A stretch of DNA of 63,991 bases, filler included, from Octopus bimaculoides (GCF_001194135.2; 6 parts of 6 records of this genome joined end to end with filler, not necessarily neighbours in it), one strand, 5' to 3'; counted from the first letter of the whole stretch, positions 40,332-51,719 are shown. Notes: generated from the sequence alone by a model not told the origin. Numbers and translations: made by a program.

Positions 40332-41528
40332 ATGATGAAACGCTTCATGCAGCTTTTGTTTCGTCAAAGAAAAGTTTCTCTCAGTTTCGTGAACTATGCG
40401 GGGATGTGTTACACTATAGTACTGTCAGCGGTGGCTGTTCTAGTAACCACCCTTATTTATATTCCCTTTTTATATTCACATCATACCATCACATTCAGGG
40501 CACTCACACTATGGACATGGTTTATTTTCGGCAACCTTGCCGCCAATTATGTGCTAATGTTGTTGTCGTCGACGAAATCTGTGTACCGTGGCATTAAAGT
40601 GACCAACCCCATGATGGCGTCGGCGTCGTCTTCACTGCCTATGTCAACCTCACCATCTCTGTCATCATCATCATCATTATCGTCATCGTTGTTATTGTCT
40701 TCGTCATCATCATCATCGCTGAACCGGGGTGAAGTAGTTCATACAAAAACCGATTGTGCAAGCACCGGTTACTACCACTCAAGCACAGCATCACTTTCGT
40801 GGCCGACATCAGCGTCCGGCTCGGTGCTAGTTTCGGCGTTCGGTTCGACGGGACCGTCTCTTTCGAAGACAGGGTATCTGGTTCAACCACAGCAGAGGCC
40901 AACACCAGCACCAACACTAGCACCACCGCCGCCAAAAACATCGGCAAACTGGAAGTTCTGCTCTCTGTGTGACCACTACGCACCGCCACGTTCACGCCAC
41001 TGTCCGTTTTGCCAGCGGTGTATCTTACGTCACGACCATCATTGTCTATTCACCGGCTGCTGTATAGGATTGTACAACCAGCGCTACTTCATTGTGTTTT
41101 GTGTATACGGTTGGATTGGTTCGTTCAAGGCCGCATCTCTAACCCTTCTCTACCTCAGCTACGTGCGGGGTTCGTCCCTCTATACCTATTTACCACCAAA
41201 CGCCTTCTTCAACCTGCTCTTCGGAGATCTCGACTTGAGTGTCTTCTGCATTGCCCTGCTCCTCTATCTGCTTTTCACCACACATCTAGCCTGCACGTAC
41301 TTCATGTGCTGGCAACTGCTGTTACTAGCACGGAAACAGACCGCCAACGAGTACGTGAAAGGAATGGCACCGTTGCAAAAATCGTTTCGGCACCACGTGA
41401 AATCTGTGTTCGGTCCTTACTGGTTACTCAACTTCATCATTCCAATGTTCTGGACGAATCCTTCATCTGGATATTCAGGTTCGAGTCTGTTGTTAGACGC
41501 CCCCTTTACTGATTTAAAACGGATTTAA
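40332..41528 (+). CDS. ZDHHC22: DHHC-type protein S-acyltransferase (palmitoyltransferase), ZDHHC22/24 group, single coding exon, 398 aa
   Basis: Uninterrupted ORF with complete cysteine-rich domain C-x2-C-x9-HC-x2-C-x2-C-x4-DHHC-x5-C (CSLCDHYAPPRSRHCPFCQRCILRHDHHCLFTGCC; DHHC codons 41034-41045). Two hydrophobic segments lie before and two after the CRD, followed by a TTxE-like motif (QTANE) and a VFGxxW..P C-terminal motif. ATG context is AAAATG. LRHDHHCxFTGxCIG resembles ZDHHC22 most; family call is firm, orthology is tentative. Confidence 0.93.
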   Translation: MMKRFMQLLFRQRKVSLSFVNYAGMCYTIVLSAVAVLVTTLIYIPFLYSHHTITFRALTLWTWFIFGNLAANYVLMLLSSTKSVYRGIKVTNPMMASASSSLPMSTSPSLSSSSSLSSSLLLSSSSSSSLNRGEVVHTKTDCASTGYYHSSTASLSWPTSASGSVLVSAFGSTGPSLSKTGYLVQPQQRPTPAPTLAPPPPKTSANWKFCSLCDHYAPPRSRHCPFCQRCILRHDHHCLFTGCCIGLYNQRYFIVFCVYGWIGSFKAASLTLLYLSYVRGSSLYTYLPPNAFFNLLFGDLDLSVFCIALLLYLLFTTHLACTYFMCWQLLLLARKQTANEYVKGMAPLQKSFRHHVKSVFGPYWLLNFIIPMFWTNPSSGYSGSSLLLDAPFTDLKRI

Positions 41529-41639
41529 ATAGAAAGAGAAAACAAAGCGGAAAGGAAAGTATGAAATTAAAATTAACGAAAAAAAAAAGACAACAAAAAA
41601 AAAAGAAAAAGAAAAAATGATGGAAACGTCTTTCAGTGT

Positions 41640-42060
41640 GTACACGTCCTTTGTATTCACGAACAATAACTATAACAAGAACATCACTAACAACAAGAAC
41701 AAGAACAAGAACAACAACAATAACAACCACTGCCAACATAACAACAAATATAACATCAAGAATAACTACCACCACCACCACCGCCACCACCACCACAACC
41801 ATGACAACACCTACAACAACAACAACACTAATAAGAACAACAACAATAATCACAAGAACAACGCGAATATCAGCAACAACCACAACTACAGCATTACAAA
41901 CAACAACAAAACTAAAATAACAACTAATAACAAAACAATTAAATCGTCATAACTTACAAAAGCAACAACTGAGTCAATAATGAAATAGTAATAACAACAC
42001 TAATAAAACAATGATATAACAACAATAACAACAATATTCAGAACGATAACAACAACAAAA
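41640..42060. repeat. Degenerate (CAA)/(CAC)/(TAA)-rich low-complexity tract downstream of the DHHC stop codon
   Basis: Directly readable. Confidence 0.85.
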
Positions 42061-42204
42061 TGAGTAAGGCGTGTAAATATATACATGTAAGTATGTATGT
42101 TTGTGTATACACTTAAGTATGATTAAGAATGTATACATGTAATTAAGTGTGTACATGTTATATATATGTCATCGTATCTAAGAATTTAGTTTTTTCTTTT
42201 ACTG

Positions 42205-42575
42205 AATGCTTCCTTTTATGGTGATGGCATTGATGAGTCTGTGGACTAATTCTTGCAGGGAAGAGTCGATGGCATTGACTGTATAGTAATCTTGGTGGAG
42301 GACGAGGTTGATTTTGTCAAACCTTTCTCTCCTGTCGTTTGATTTCTTCCTTTTCTCTTCTGGTGGCTTCGAGGTTTTTGGTTCCGATGGTGATGGAACC
42401 CCGCTACTTGGTACGGTCTCTGATTTGTGTTTCAAACGATTTAGGCTCAGTTCTAGTGGCTTTCAATGTTGCTTTGAGTTGGTCCTTGTATCTTCGAAGA
42501 CGGGAACCCCGTCGTCTTTCCCCTGAAGTTAGCTCACTGAGTAAGACTTGGCGTGGGAAACTCGACTCTCCCATT
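42205..42575 (-). mobile_element. RTE-clade LINE 3' coding end, degraded
   Basis: Manual translation FPRQVLLSELTSGERRRGSRLRRYKDQLKATLKAT..DRTK*RGSITIG..EATRREKEEIKRQERK..CHRLFPARI..H, the typical RTE C-terminus (G.R..G....RYKD.LK; DR..WR). The conserved W codon is now TAG. Confidence 0.8.
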
Positions 42576-42894
42576 CTTACTACATGTCCTAACCATTATC
42601 AGCGATTCCATACTTTTGACATGTAGGTATGTGTGCAGATGTATTCACATAGCCCATAGGGGCAGTATCGCTCACTTTGGGAACCAGGGATTTTCACACA
42701 TACCTACATGTGTATATATTTATATGAATTGCTACCAGCAGACATATATATATATACGTAAATGCTTACTTGTAAATAATTACACATCCACATGGTGACA
42801 TCTGCACATGTCTACATGTATAACGTTTATAGACTTGGTTACGTATATACATTCTTATTCATATATATGTGCATACACACACATACATACTTAC

Positions 42895-42936
<42 letters not shown>

Positions 42937-43926
42937 NNNNNNNNNNNNNNNNNNNNNNNNNNNNNNNNNNNNNNNNNNNNNNNNNNNNNNNNNNNNNNNN
43001 NNNNNNNNNNNNNNNNNNNNNNNNNNNNNNNNNNNNNNNNNNNNNNNNNNNNNNNNNNNNNNNNNNNNNNNNNNNNNNNNNNNNNNNNNNNNNNNNNNNN
43101 NNNNNNNNNNNNNNNNNNNNNNNNNNNNNNNNNNNNNNNNNNNNNNNNNNNNNNNNNNNNNNNNNNNNNNNNNNNNNNNNNNNNNNNNNNNNNNNNNNNN
43201 NNNNNNNNNNNNNNNNNNNNNNNNNNNNNNNNNNNNNNNNNNNNNNNNNNNNNNNNNNNNNNNNNNNNNNNNNNNNNNNNNNNNNNNNNNNNNNNNNNNN
43301 NNNNNNNNNNNNNNNNNNNNNNNNNNNNNNNNNNNNNNNNNNNNNNNNNNNNNNNNNNNNNNNNNNNNNNNNNNNNNNNNNNNNNNNNNNNNNNNNNNNN
43401 NNNNNNNNNNNNNNNNNNNNNNNNNNNNNNNNNNNNNNNNNNNNNNNNNNNNNNNNNNNNNNNNNNNNNNNNNNNNNNNNNNNNNNNNNNNNNNNNNNNN
43501 NNNNNNNNNNNNNNNNNNNNNNNNNNNNNNNNNNNNNNNNNNNNNNNNNNNNNNNNNNNNNNNNNNNNNNNNNNNNNNNNNNNNNNNNNNNNNNNNNNNN
43601 NNNNNNNNNNNNNNNNNNNNNNNNNNNNNNNNNNNNNNNNNNNNNNNNNNNNNNNNNNNNNNNNNNNNNNNNNNNNNNNNNNNNNNNNNNNNNNNNNNNN
43701 NNNNNNNNNNNNNNNNNNNNNNNNNNNNNNNNNNNNNNNNNNNNNNNNNNNNNNNNNNNNNNNNNNNNNNNNNNNNNNNNNNNNNNNNNNNNNNNNNNNN
43801 NNNNNNNNNNNNNNNNNNNNNNNNNNNNNNNNNNNNNNNNNNNNNNNNNNNNNNNNNNNNNNNNNNNNNNNNNNNNNNNNNNNNNNNNNNNNNNNNNNNN
43901 NNNNNNNNNNNNNNNNNNNNNNNNNN

Positions 43927-43961
<35 letters not shown>

Positions 43962-43971
43962 TAGAGGTTCC

Positions 43972-44023
<52 letters not shown>

Positions 44024-44351
44024 CTCTCTCACATACACATACATTTACGTACACATACATACACATACACAAACGCATACGCACACACACACATTCATAA
44101 ACACACACACACACAAACTGAAGTAAAGAGATTCTTCATTGCTTTCGACGATTTATTTCATCAATAGAACTATTCCCGCCTGAATTAAGGTACAAGTGGC
44201 TGAGTATCTCACAGACATGCATATTCTTACGGGAGTATTACGCGTACAACTCTTGCATTTTTAATATAAATACCTGAGTACTCCTGAGATATTTTGTACT
44301 TGTAATGCAAACCTCAGTCTAAATCAGTATAACAATGTTTGTGACAAAGTA

Positions 44352-44423
44352 GCCGTGATTGTCTAGTGGTTAGGACCCCGCATTGTGGCCGTAGTAACCC
44401 AGGTTCGAATCCTGGTCACGATA
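44352..44423 (+). tRNA. tRNA-His(GTG), probably a pseudogene or degenerate copy
   Basis: 72-nt GCCGTGATTGTCTAGTGGTTAGGACCCCGCATTGTGGCCGTAGTAACCCAGGTTCGAATCCTGGTCACGATA matches the invertebrate tRNA-His pattern. Anticodon GTG is at 44385-44387. A box, B box, D stem and T stem are intact. The acceptor stem has a C2:A71 mismatch and G1:U72, and the anticodon stem has two mismatches. A T4 run lies about 12 nt downstream. Confidence 0.85.
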
Positions 44424-44444
44424 GCTTCTTTCAAATTTTAATGG

Positions 44445-44700
44445 GTGCAGACATTGCTATGTTAAGAATCTTGCTTCCCAACCATGCGACACAGTGGGCA
44501 AGTGCATTCTGCTATATTCTACTATAGCCCCCACAAACCAACTAAATTCCTGGGAGTGGCTCAGCAAAAGGGTACGACAGAATAAGTATCAGGCTTAAAA
44601 ATAATAACTGGGGTCGATTTATTCGACTAGTTCCTTCAAGTTAGTTCCCCAGCTTGGCCGCAGTCCAATGATTGAAGCAAGTAAAATGATAAAATGATAA
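44445..44700 (+). mobile_element. SINE family A, internally deleted (no B box, no internal microsatellite)
   Basis: cttgcttcccaacca..gggcaagtg..ctactatagcc..gaataagtatcaggctt..ctggggtcgatttattcgacta..ggccgcagtccaatgattgaagcaagtaaaa. Confidence 0.75.
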
Positions 44701-45123
44701 GTAATCCATTATAATAAAGTGCTGACGAAAGATTCCTGTGATATAAAAACCGGGCACACTGTAGAAAGGGAAACAGTAAAAGTGTGTATGTAAGAGATAG
44801 ATAGGTAGATAGATAGATAGAGAGATAGAGAGAGAGTTATATGACGAACGATGAAACTGTTGCTAATAGGAAAACGATGAGAACTTTTGGTAAAGAAAGG
44901 TGTTAAATATAAACGACGATGATAATAGGCAAAAATATTTTGCAGAAGCCAGAATGAGAAAAGTCTAGAAGAGAAAACATGACGGAGGAGGATAACAGAC
45001 AAGATTTTGTAGAAATTAATCAAAGCATCGTATATTATTTTCGAAGGAGAAGATGTTTATGGTTGGTGGTGTACCACAGATTAGGCCATTGCTAGTTTTG
45101 TATTATAGTGCAGACGACTGAAA

Positions 45124-45446
45124 GTGAAGGCGCGTGGCCTAGTGGTTAGTGTATTCGACTCACAATCGTATGGTCATGAGTTCGATTTTCGGTAGCGCGT
45201 TGCATCCTTGAGCACGACACTTTATTTCACGGTGCTCCCATCCACTCACCTGGCAAAAAGGAGTTGTACCTGTAATTCAAAGGGTCAGCCTTGTCACACT
45301 GTGTCACGCTGAATATCCCCGAGTACTACTGTAAGAGTACGCGTGTTTCTGGAATGCTCAGCCACTTTCATGTTAATTTCACGAGCAGGCTGTCCTGTTG
45401 GTCGGATGAACTGGAACACTCATCGTCGTAACCGACGGAGATCCAG
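45124..45446 (+). mobile_element. tRNA-derived SINE, family C, with CORE-like middle
   Basis: Head GTGAAGGCGCGTGGCCTAGTGGTTAG..GAGTTCGATT, middle gcgttgcatccttgagcacgacacttt, 3' body shared with 11283-11660. Confidence 0.85.
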
Positions 45447-45743
45447 TAGCGGATGACTCTGAGTACATTTCATTCTTCCAGAAATAAGCTTCTGGGCGAA
45501 TGTTGTGTGAGTCACGCTGTATGTGACATGGCTGAACCCTGAAGAATTATTGGTACACCCCACTCCTAGGGGGTTCGAACCAGTTGCTATTCACTCGATT
45601 TCGCTCACAAAAATTGGGTCGAAACTACGGCTTTTGTGGAAAAAAAAACACTCTTGGCCTATGGGCGTTAGTCAATTGGATTTCATGATTAGGAACTTAG
45701 GAACAAATATCTTGACCATTCATCCACACCTCCACCTCCACTT

Positions 45744-45801
<58 letters not shown>

Positions 45802-45863
45802 ATGCACGCACATACATACAATGATATTGGTAAAAGACTCCAAATTTGTAGTCGTGTGTGATA

Positions 45864-45964
45864 GATTATATCGACGCAGTATTTAACAGGTACTTTATAT
45901 CGACTACTTCACGCCACGCCATGGAAGGGTGAAAGGCAAAGTGGACCTGACCAAAATTTGAACT
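45864..45964 (-). mobile_element. SINE family B middle fragment
   Basis: ggtactttatatcgac..gaagggtgaaaggcaaagtggacctgaccaaaatttgaact. Confidence 0.6.
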
Positions 45965-46521
45965 AGCAACACACACACACATGTGCACATACACATTCAC
46001 ACACACTATTGTGATACAACCACATTGATATTTACTTTGAAAAATCAAAAATGTCTGGATACCAAGGAGTTGTTAACTTGTGTTGTTATCAATTAACATT
46101 ATTAGCTAATTAATTAACTAATTTTTTTTGTTATTTGATTGATTGATTTATCATAACCTATTGGTAATATTATTGATTATATTAAAATGGACACCGTTGA
46201 TCTCCCGTATGCACCACTCTTTACATTATATTATTACCACCACCGTCGCTTCCGGCTCAAGTTCGAGAAATGACCGTCTGCGATGAAGTGACCGCGATGG
46301 TGGCAGTAGCGGTGAGACGATGATGCATTGAGATGGGTTCGGTGCCAACTGCTGCCATATCTCAGGAACATTTCTTGAAAAAAACATAAATTGAAACCGT
46401 TTGTCTTTAATGTTATGTTGTNNNNNNNNNNNNNNNNNNNNNNNNNNNNNNNNNNNNNNNNNNNNTTAATTAATTAANNNNNNNNNNNNNNNNNNNNNNN
46501 NNNNNNNNNNNNNNNNNNNNN

Positions 46522-46790
46522 TCTTTAAACCATTTCTTTTAAAAAAACTATATATTCTCTTCTTATATAATTCTAGTTGTCTATTAGTGCAATTTTTAGT
46601 AAGTAATAAAAGGTCATCCCTATATAAACCACCCTCCAATTTTAAGTTTTCAAGTTCAAGTTCAGATAATAAATATATACCTACTAAATCAGTTACCTGT
46701 GCTGAATCAGGCGCCCCCATTGGTATATCGAAATAATCTCTGGTATCTTTTCTAGCCCACAATTTATTATCATATTTAATCAATGATTTA
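46522..46790 (-). mobile_element. Penelope-like element RT fragment (Naiad-type motifs)
   Basis: Stop-free KSLIKYDNKLWARKDTRDYFDIPMGAPDSAQVTDLVGIYLL..GGLYRDDLLLL..FKRNGLK. FD..MG...A....LVG.YLL and GLYRDD are Penelope RT motifs of the Naiad/Chlamys type. Confidence 0.85.
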
Positions 46791-47021
46791 CACACACACA
46801 TATACATATATATACACATACATATATAGATACATACATGCATGCATACATACATACATACATACATACATGCACACACACATATACACATATGTGTATA
46901 TATGCGTACATAGTGTCGACCGAATGAGAAAGGAGTGTTCAATTCACAACGCAAACACAAAGACACACATAGATACACACAGACATGCACACACCCACAT
47001 ATATATATATACACAAATGAT

Positions 47022-47173
47022 GGGTTTCTTTCATTTTCCGCCTAGCATATCCACTCTCAAGGCTTAGGTCTGTCCGGGGGCGATAGTAGAAGACACTCGC
47101 CCAAGGTGTCGTACAGTGGGACTGAACCCAAGACCACATGGTTAGGAACAAGCTTCTCATCGACACAGCCACG
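47022..47173 (-). mobile_element. SINE family A 5' half
   Basis: ttctttcattttccgcctagcatatccactctcaaggctt..gatagtagaagacactcgcccaaggtg..cagtgggactgaaccc..accacatggttagg..cacagccac. Confidence 0.8.
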
Positions 47174-48211
47174 CATTTGTCCGATCCTCATTATACCACT
47201 GATGATGTTAGAGAAACAAGGTTTTCCATTCAGTAGATGGGGCAAAGCACGGATAACTAAAAAAAAAAAATCTGGAATTTCTATTAATTATAACCAATAT
47301 GATAGAAAAGAATAAGAAGAATGTTGATTATTAGAAATTTCTATTTCAGCTGATAATTACACTGTAATTAAGTCATATAAACAGATGGCAAAGAAATAAC
47401 AGTGTATCTCGAGGAAAAGTGTATCTCGGTTACTGGAATTAATACTTAAACCAATTTAATGAATGACTAATCTCCCCCTTCCAGGGAAGCAGCAGGCTTA
47501 TATTATTTTCATTTATTTTTTGTTTTTAATAACTCTCACAGGAATGATTACTAGGGTTTCCTGAAACGTTAGAAAAAGTAAAGCAAACTGTTTGTGTTAA
47601 TTGATGTTAATTGCAATTTCCAGAACTAATTTCTTACAAATTGTACAATTAGCCGAAAGACTTAAATCCAAACCTTTTAGACAGAAGAGTTTCGTAAGCA
47701 CGTTTGTTTTTAAAGTGTCAGTTTTATCCAAGACTTACGTCTTTTCGGCTCAATTAGGGACCTCATCTTCGAATCTGCTTTACATCATAACATTATACAT
47801 TAAGGCATCAAGTTTTAAAATGAATAAGCGATGACGTAGTGGGAGGTGGATTAGAATGATGCTCATGCTATTCTGAGAGAACTTTGCAACATATAAGAAA
47901 TGTTTAGAACAGGAATAATTATGGTAACAGTAAAACAGAACGGGAAAGAGTTAAGATTAACTGTGTGCTGTAGTTGTGAACTGATATGTATGAATAGAAT
48001 GAAATGCCTACAACCATTTAAGGTGCACACATTGATATAGGGGTCAAAACATCTGCTTCGCATGCACTTGATTACAAGATCAATACCACTCTGCGGTGTT
48101 TTGGTTATGTGTCTTCTAACCATAGTCTCAGATTGATCAATACATTGTGAGTGGAATTATGGTGAACGAAAACTGTGCAGAAGCCTATTGTATATGATGA
48201 TGATGATGATG

Positions 48212-48269
<58 letters not shown>

Positions 48270-48290
48270 CGAGGATGACGATGATGATGA

Positions 48291-48540
48291 TGGTTTCAAA
48301 TTTTGGTACAAGACCAATAATTTAAGAGAGTCAACCGATTACACTGATCGAATACTTGGTTGGTAGTTATTTCATCGATCCCGGAAGGATGACAGGCAAC
48401 GATGACCTCGTCGGCATTTGAAATCAGAATGAGAGTGGGAAGAAACGCCGCAAGGCATTTTGTCCGATGTATGCTAACGAGTCTGTCAGCTCGTCGCCTT
48501 TTTGACCAGCGTGGTAACGGTTCTTCCAGCTTGCCGCCTT
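48291..48540 (-). mobile_element. SINE family B with duplicated head
   Basis: ggtttcaaattttggtacaagacc..atcgatcccggaaggatgacaggcaa..gacctcg..atttgaaatcagaa..tgctaacgagtctgtcagctcgtcgcctt, then a second gtaacggttcttccagcttgccgcctt. Confidence 0.8.
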
Positions 48541-48577
48541 AATAATAATAATGATAATTATGATGATGATGATGATG

Positions 48578-48614
<37 letters not shown>

Positions 48615-48636
48615 GGATAATAATGACAATAATAAC

Positions 48637-48697
<61 letters not shown>

Positions 48698-48699
<2 letters not shown>

Positions 48700-48905
48700 C
48701 TTTTCTACTATAGGCACAGGGCCTAGAATTGTGAGGAGGGGACAATCGATTTCATCGGCCCCAGTACTTAGTACTTAGTTTATCGGTCCGAAAGGACGAA
48801 AGGCAAAGTTGACCTCGGCAAAAATGAAATCAGAACATAAAGATGGACGAAATGCAGCTAAGCATTTTGCCCGGCATGCTAACGATTCTGCCAGCCCATC
48901 ACCTT
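48698..48905 (-). mobile_element. SINE family B, near full length
   Basis: tctactataggcacagggcc..ccgaaaggacgaaaggcaaagttgacctcggc..cagaacataaagatggacgaaatg..ctaagcattttgcccggcatgctaacgattctgccagc..cctt. Confidence 0.88.
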
Positions 48906-48987
48906 CAATAATAGTGATGATAATAATAATAATAATAATGATAATAATAATAATAATAACAACAATAACAATAACAACAACAACAAC

Positions 48988-49038
<51 letters not shown>

Positions 49039-49049
49039 AATGACATAGG

Positions 49050-49645
49050 GAGAATAAAGTTATGGAGACATGATCAAGGGGTGAAAATTTATCACTAGAA
49101 GCTTTATCAAAAATGCGGGTTTGAAGCAGAAAGTACATAGCAGAATCCTTGGAAAGAAAACTTAAAAGATTCTGTCTAATTTTCCAATTCAAACGGATAG
49201 AGTGGAACATAACAAACAGATATAACAGTAAAAGACAAGGAAAATCGGATTTACTCCCTGATTGGTTCACCATGTCCATTTGATTCTAGGGTTATGAAGA
49301 AGGCAGGTGAAATGTAAAAATAATACAATCCCGTAAAATTTTAAGAGATTGTGAGGATTTGAAATATGAAATCTGTAAAGATTGTACTGGTGAAAATTTC
49401 AAGTCTGTTTCTTCACGGTGAGTGAAGAAATAGACTAGTGGATAAGGGAGATTGGAATAGAATGTCCTGCAGAACTTCTACATGTGGTTTCCCTTTCAGG
49501 AGGATCAGGAAAAAAAATCTTCAGAAGGGTTTTGAGCATTTGATGGGTTGTTGAAATCATGTGGACAACTAACGTTACAGGGAGTAAGCTGCTACCCATC
49601 TAAATTCTAAAAGGTCTAAGACCAATCCTGAGTCAAGACAACGGC
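49050..49645 (+). mobile_element. Old R4/Dong-like LINE 3' end bounded by (TAA)n tracts
   Basis: Remnants RHDQGVKIYH, DITVKDKENR, CPFDSRVMKK and IGIECPAELL..FRRVLSI*, then 3'UTR and (TGA)/(TAA)n. Confidence 0.65.
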
Positions 49646-49655
49646 AATGATGATG

Positions 49656-49712
<57 letters not shown>

Positions 49713-49713
<1 letters not shown>

Positions 49714-50067
49714 CAGCAGATGACAACGTTTCTCTAAAAGAAATGGAAAAACTTTCAAAATACAAAGACCTGGAAATAGAGATAACTCGAATGTGGAATC
49801 TAAAAACAGAAACAATTCCTATCATAGTAGGTGCCTTAGGTATAATAAAAAAATATTCAGACAAATACATAACAAAAACACCAGGACTTACAAATATATA
49901 TAACATACAGAAAATTGCACTACTGGGTACTGCACACATTCTACGCAAAATACTTTCAATACAGTAAACATAAGAGCACCACAGCAAACTACAGCACATA
50001 CCCAAGGCGCACAGAGCTGCGCTCGGTAGTGAAGTGAAAGCACGTTATAAAAATAAAACTACTGAAC
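49713..50067 (+). mobile_element. Young R4/Dong-like LINE 3' end inserted in (TAA)n
   Basis: Open frame DDNVSLKEMEKLSKYKDLEIEITRMWNLKTETIPIIVGALG..QKIALLGTAHILRKILSIQ* plus about 100-bp 3'UTR. (TAA)n lies on both sides (49657-49712 and 50068-50090). Confidence 0.9.
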
Positions 50068-50090
50068 AATAATAATAATAATAATAATAA

Positions 50091-51719
50091 GGTGACCCGT
50101 TTTATCCGTTACTATTTGTAATTGCACTAATACCCATAACAATGACACTTAGGAAAGTTAAGATGGATTACCGATGTGTTAAGAAAGGTCTATCATTGAA
50201 CCATCTTCTGTTTATAGATGACCTGAAATTGTTTGGGAAATCTGAAAAACAGATAGATTCCTGAACCAAAACAGTCCAGAAGTGTGATAGGGACATCGGT
50301 ATGGAATTCGGGTTTACCAAATGCTAAGTACTTAATATGACAAGAGGGAAGAAAGCATTCTACAGAGGATTGCGACTACCGTCAGGAGAGACCATGGGTG
50401 AACCCGACGGTAGTGGGTATAGATACTTAGAGATTTGGTGGTTGGATGATATTCTGCACAGTGAAATGATAGTCAAGGCCTGCGAGGCGTATCAAGAAAG
50501 TGAAGATGGTGTTGAAATCTAACATGAATGCCATAAATTTGATTACCGCAATGAATATCTTGGCAGTTGCGGTGGTCAGATATAGTGCGTCCATCCTCAA
50601 ATGGACTAAGGAGGAAATATCAACACTGGATAGAAGGACGACAAAGTTGATGACGCTGCATGGGGCGCTACACCCTAAAGCAAACGTAAACAGACTGTAT
50701 ATGAAAAGAAAGAATGGTGGCAGAGGACTAATTAGTATAGCCCACTGTATAAGGAGTGAAAAGAGAACGCTTGCCGAGTATTTGATAAATAGTGATGAAG
50801 ACCTGCTGCAATATGCCGTGAAAGATATGGGTGTAAATGTAGATGAAATGATGAGCAAGGAAGAGATTAAGCAAAGAGCTGAGAAGAGAAAAGAAGACCT
50901 TGAAATGAGAATGCATGGACAGTTTGAAAGGAATACACAGGAGGTTAAGGATAATACAGCATCGTGGACATGGCTTGAGCGACGTGATTTGAAGCATACC
51001 ACCAAAAGCCTCATCACTGCTGCACAAGACCAGGCTCTCGCTACCAATTTAGTGAAGTATAACATATATAAAACTTCTGACACCCAGAAATGTAGACTCT
51101 GTAGAAAGAGTGTGGAAAATGTGATCCAATTGGTAAGTGAATGTGAGAGCCTTGCACGAAAAGAATACAAGCGTCGCCACAATAAAGTGTGTGTGTATCT
51201 TCATTGGCTCTTATGCCGTAAATACCAATCTGAAGTAACAGAGAACTAGTATGAGCATCTACCAAGTAAAGTTATACAAGAGGATCGAAAACTAACAATA
51301 CTCTGGGAGTATGATTTTCAGACGGTTCGTGTAATCGAACACCGTCGGCCGGATATTGTCATATTGAATAAGAAAGACAAATACTGTCAGATCATTGATG
51401 TAGCCATACCAAATGACATGAATGTTGTGAGTAAAGTGGTTGAAAAAATCATCAAGTACTCCGAATTGAAAGTGAAAATGTCAAGACTGTATGGAATGCG
51501 AGAGGGTGATGTAAAAGTGATACCAGTGGTGATCGGAGCGTTGGGCTCAATCCCATTGAAACTTCAAGGCTTAAGGCAACCGGAAATCCCATGCAAGATT
51601 GATGTCTTGCAAAAAGCAGCCTTATTGGACACAGCACACATCTGTCTGAGGTCCTTGTTGTAACTTGACAGATAACTAAAGACTCCAGTGTCATTTTTAG
51701 GTACACTGTGCTACGAAGG
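50091..51719 (+). mobile_element. 5'-truncated R4/Dong-like LINE (RT core to 3' end), frameshifted
   Basis: GDPFYPLLFVIALIP and HLLFIDDLKLFGKS (RT). ORF 50500..51249 has HPKANVNRLY..GGRGLI, MHGQF, AAQDQAL, CRLC..VIQLVSEC and RRHN. The REL motif RPDIVILNK..IIDVAIP follows, ending LQKAALLDTAHI. Confidence 0.92.

Noticed and set aside
40639-41512. Overlapping alternative ORFs within the DHHC gene (40639..40995 -, 40754..40972 +, 41009..41512 +)
   Set aside because: Shadow frames of a GC-richer coding region with no domain features.
41506-41952. Poly-Asn/Thr/Val proteins downstream of the DHHC gene
   Set aside because: Translations of degenerate CAA/CAC trinucleotide repeats.
42600-42690. Tiny hAT-Charlie MITE (ends ..ctttgggaaccaggg)
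   Set aside because: The left TIR match is too weak and there is no TSD.
45540-45680. Minus-strand tRNA suggested by GGGGTTCGAACC and a terminal ..TACCA
   Set aside because: Spacing between T loop and 3' end is wrong and no cloverleaf can be built.
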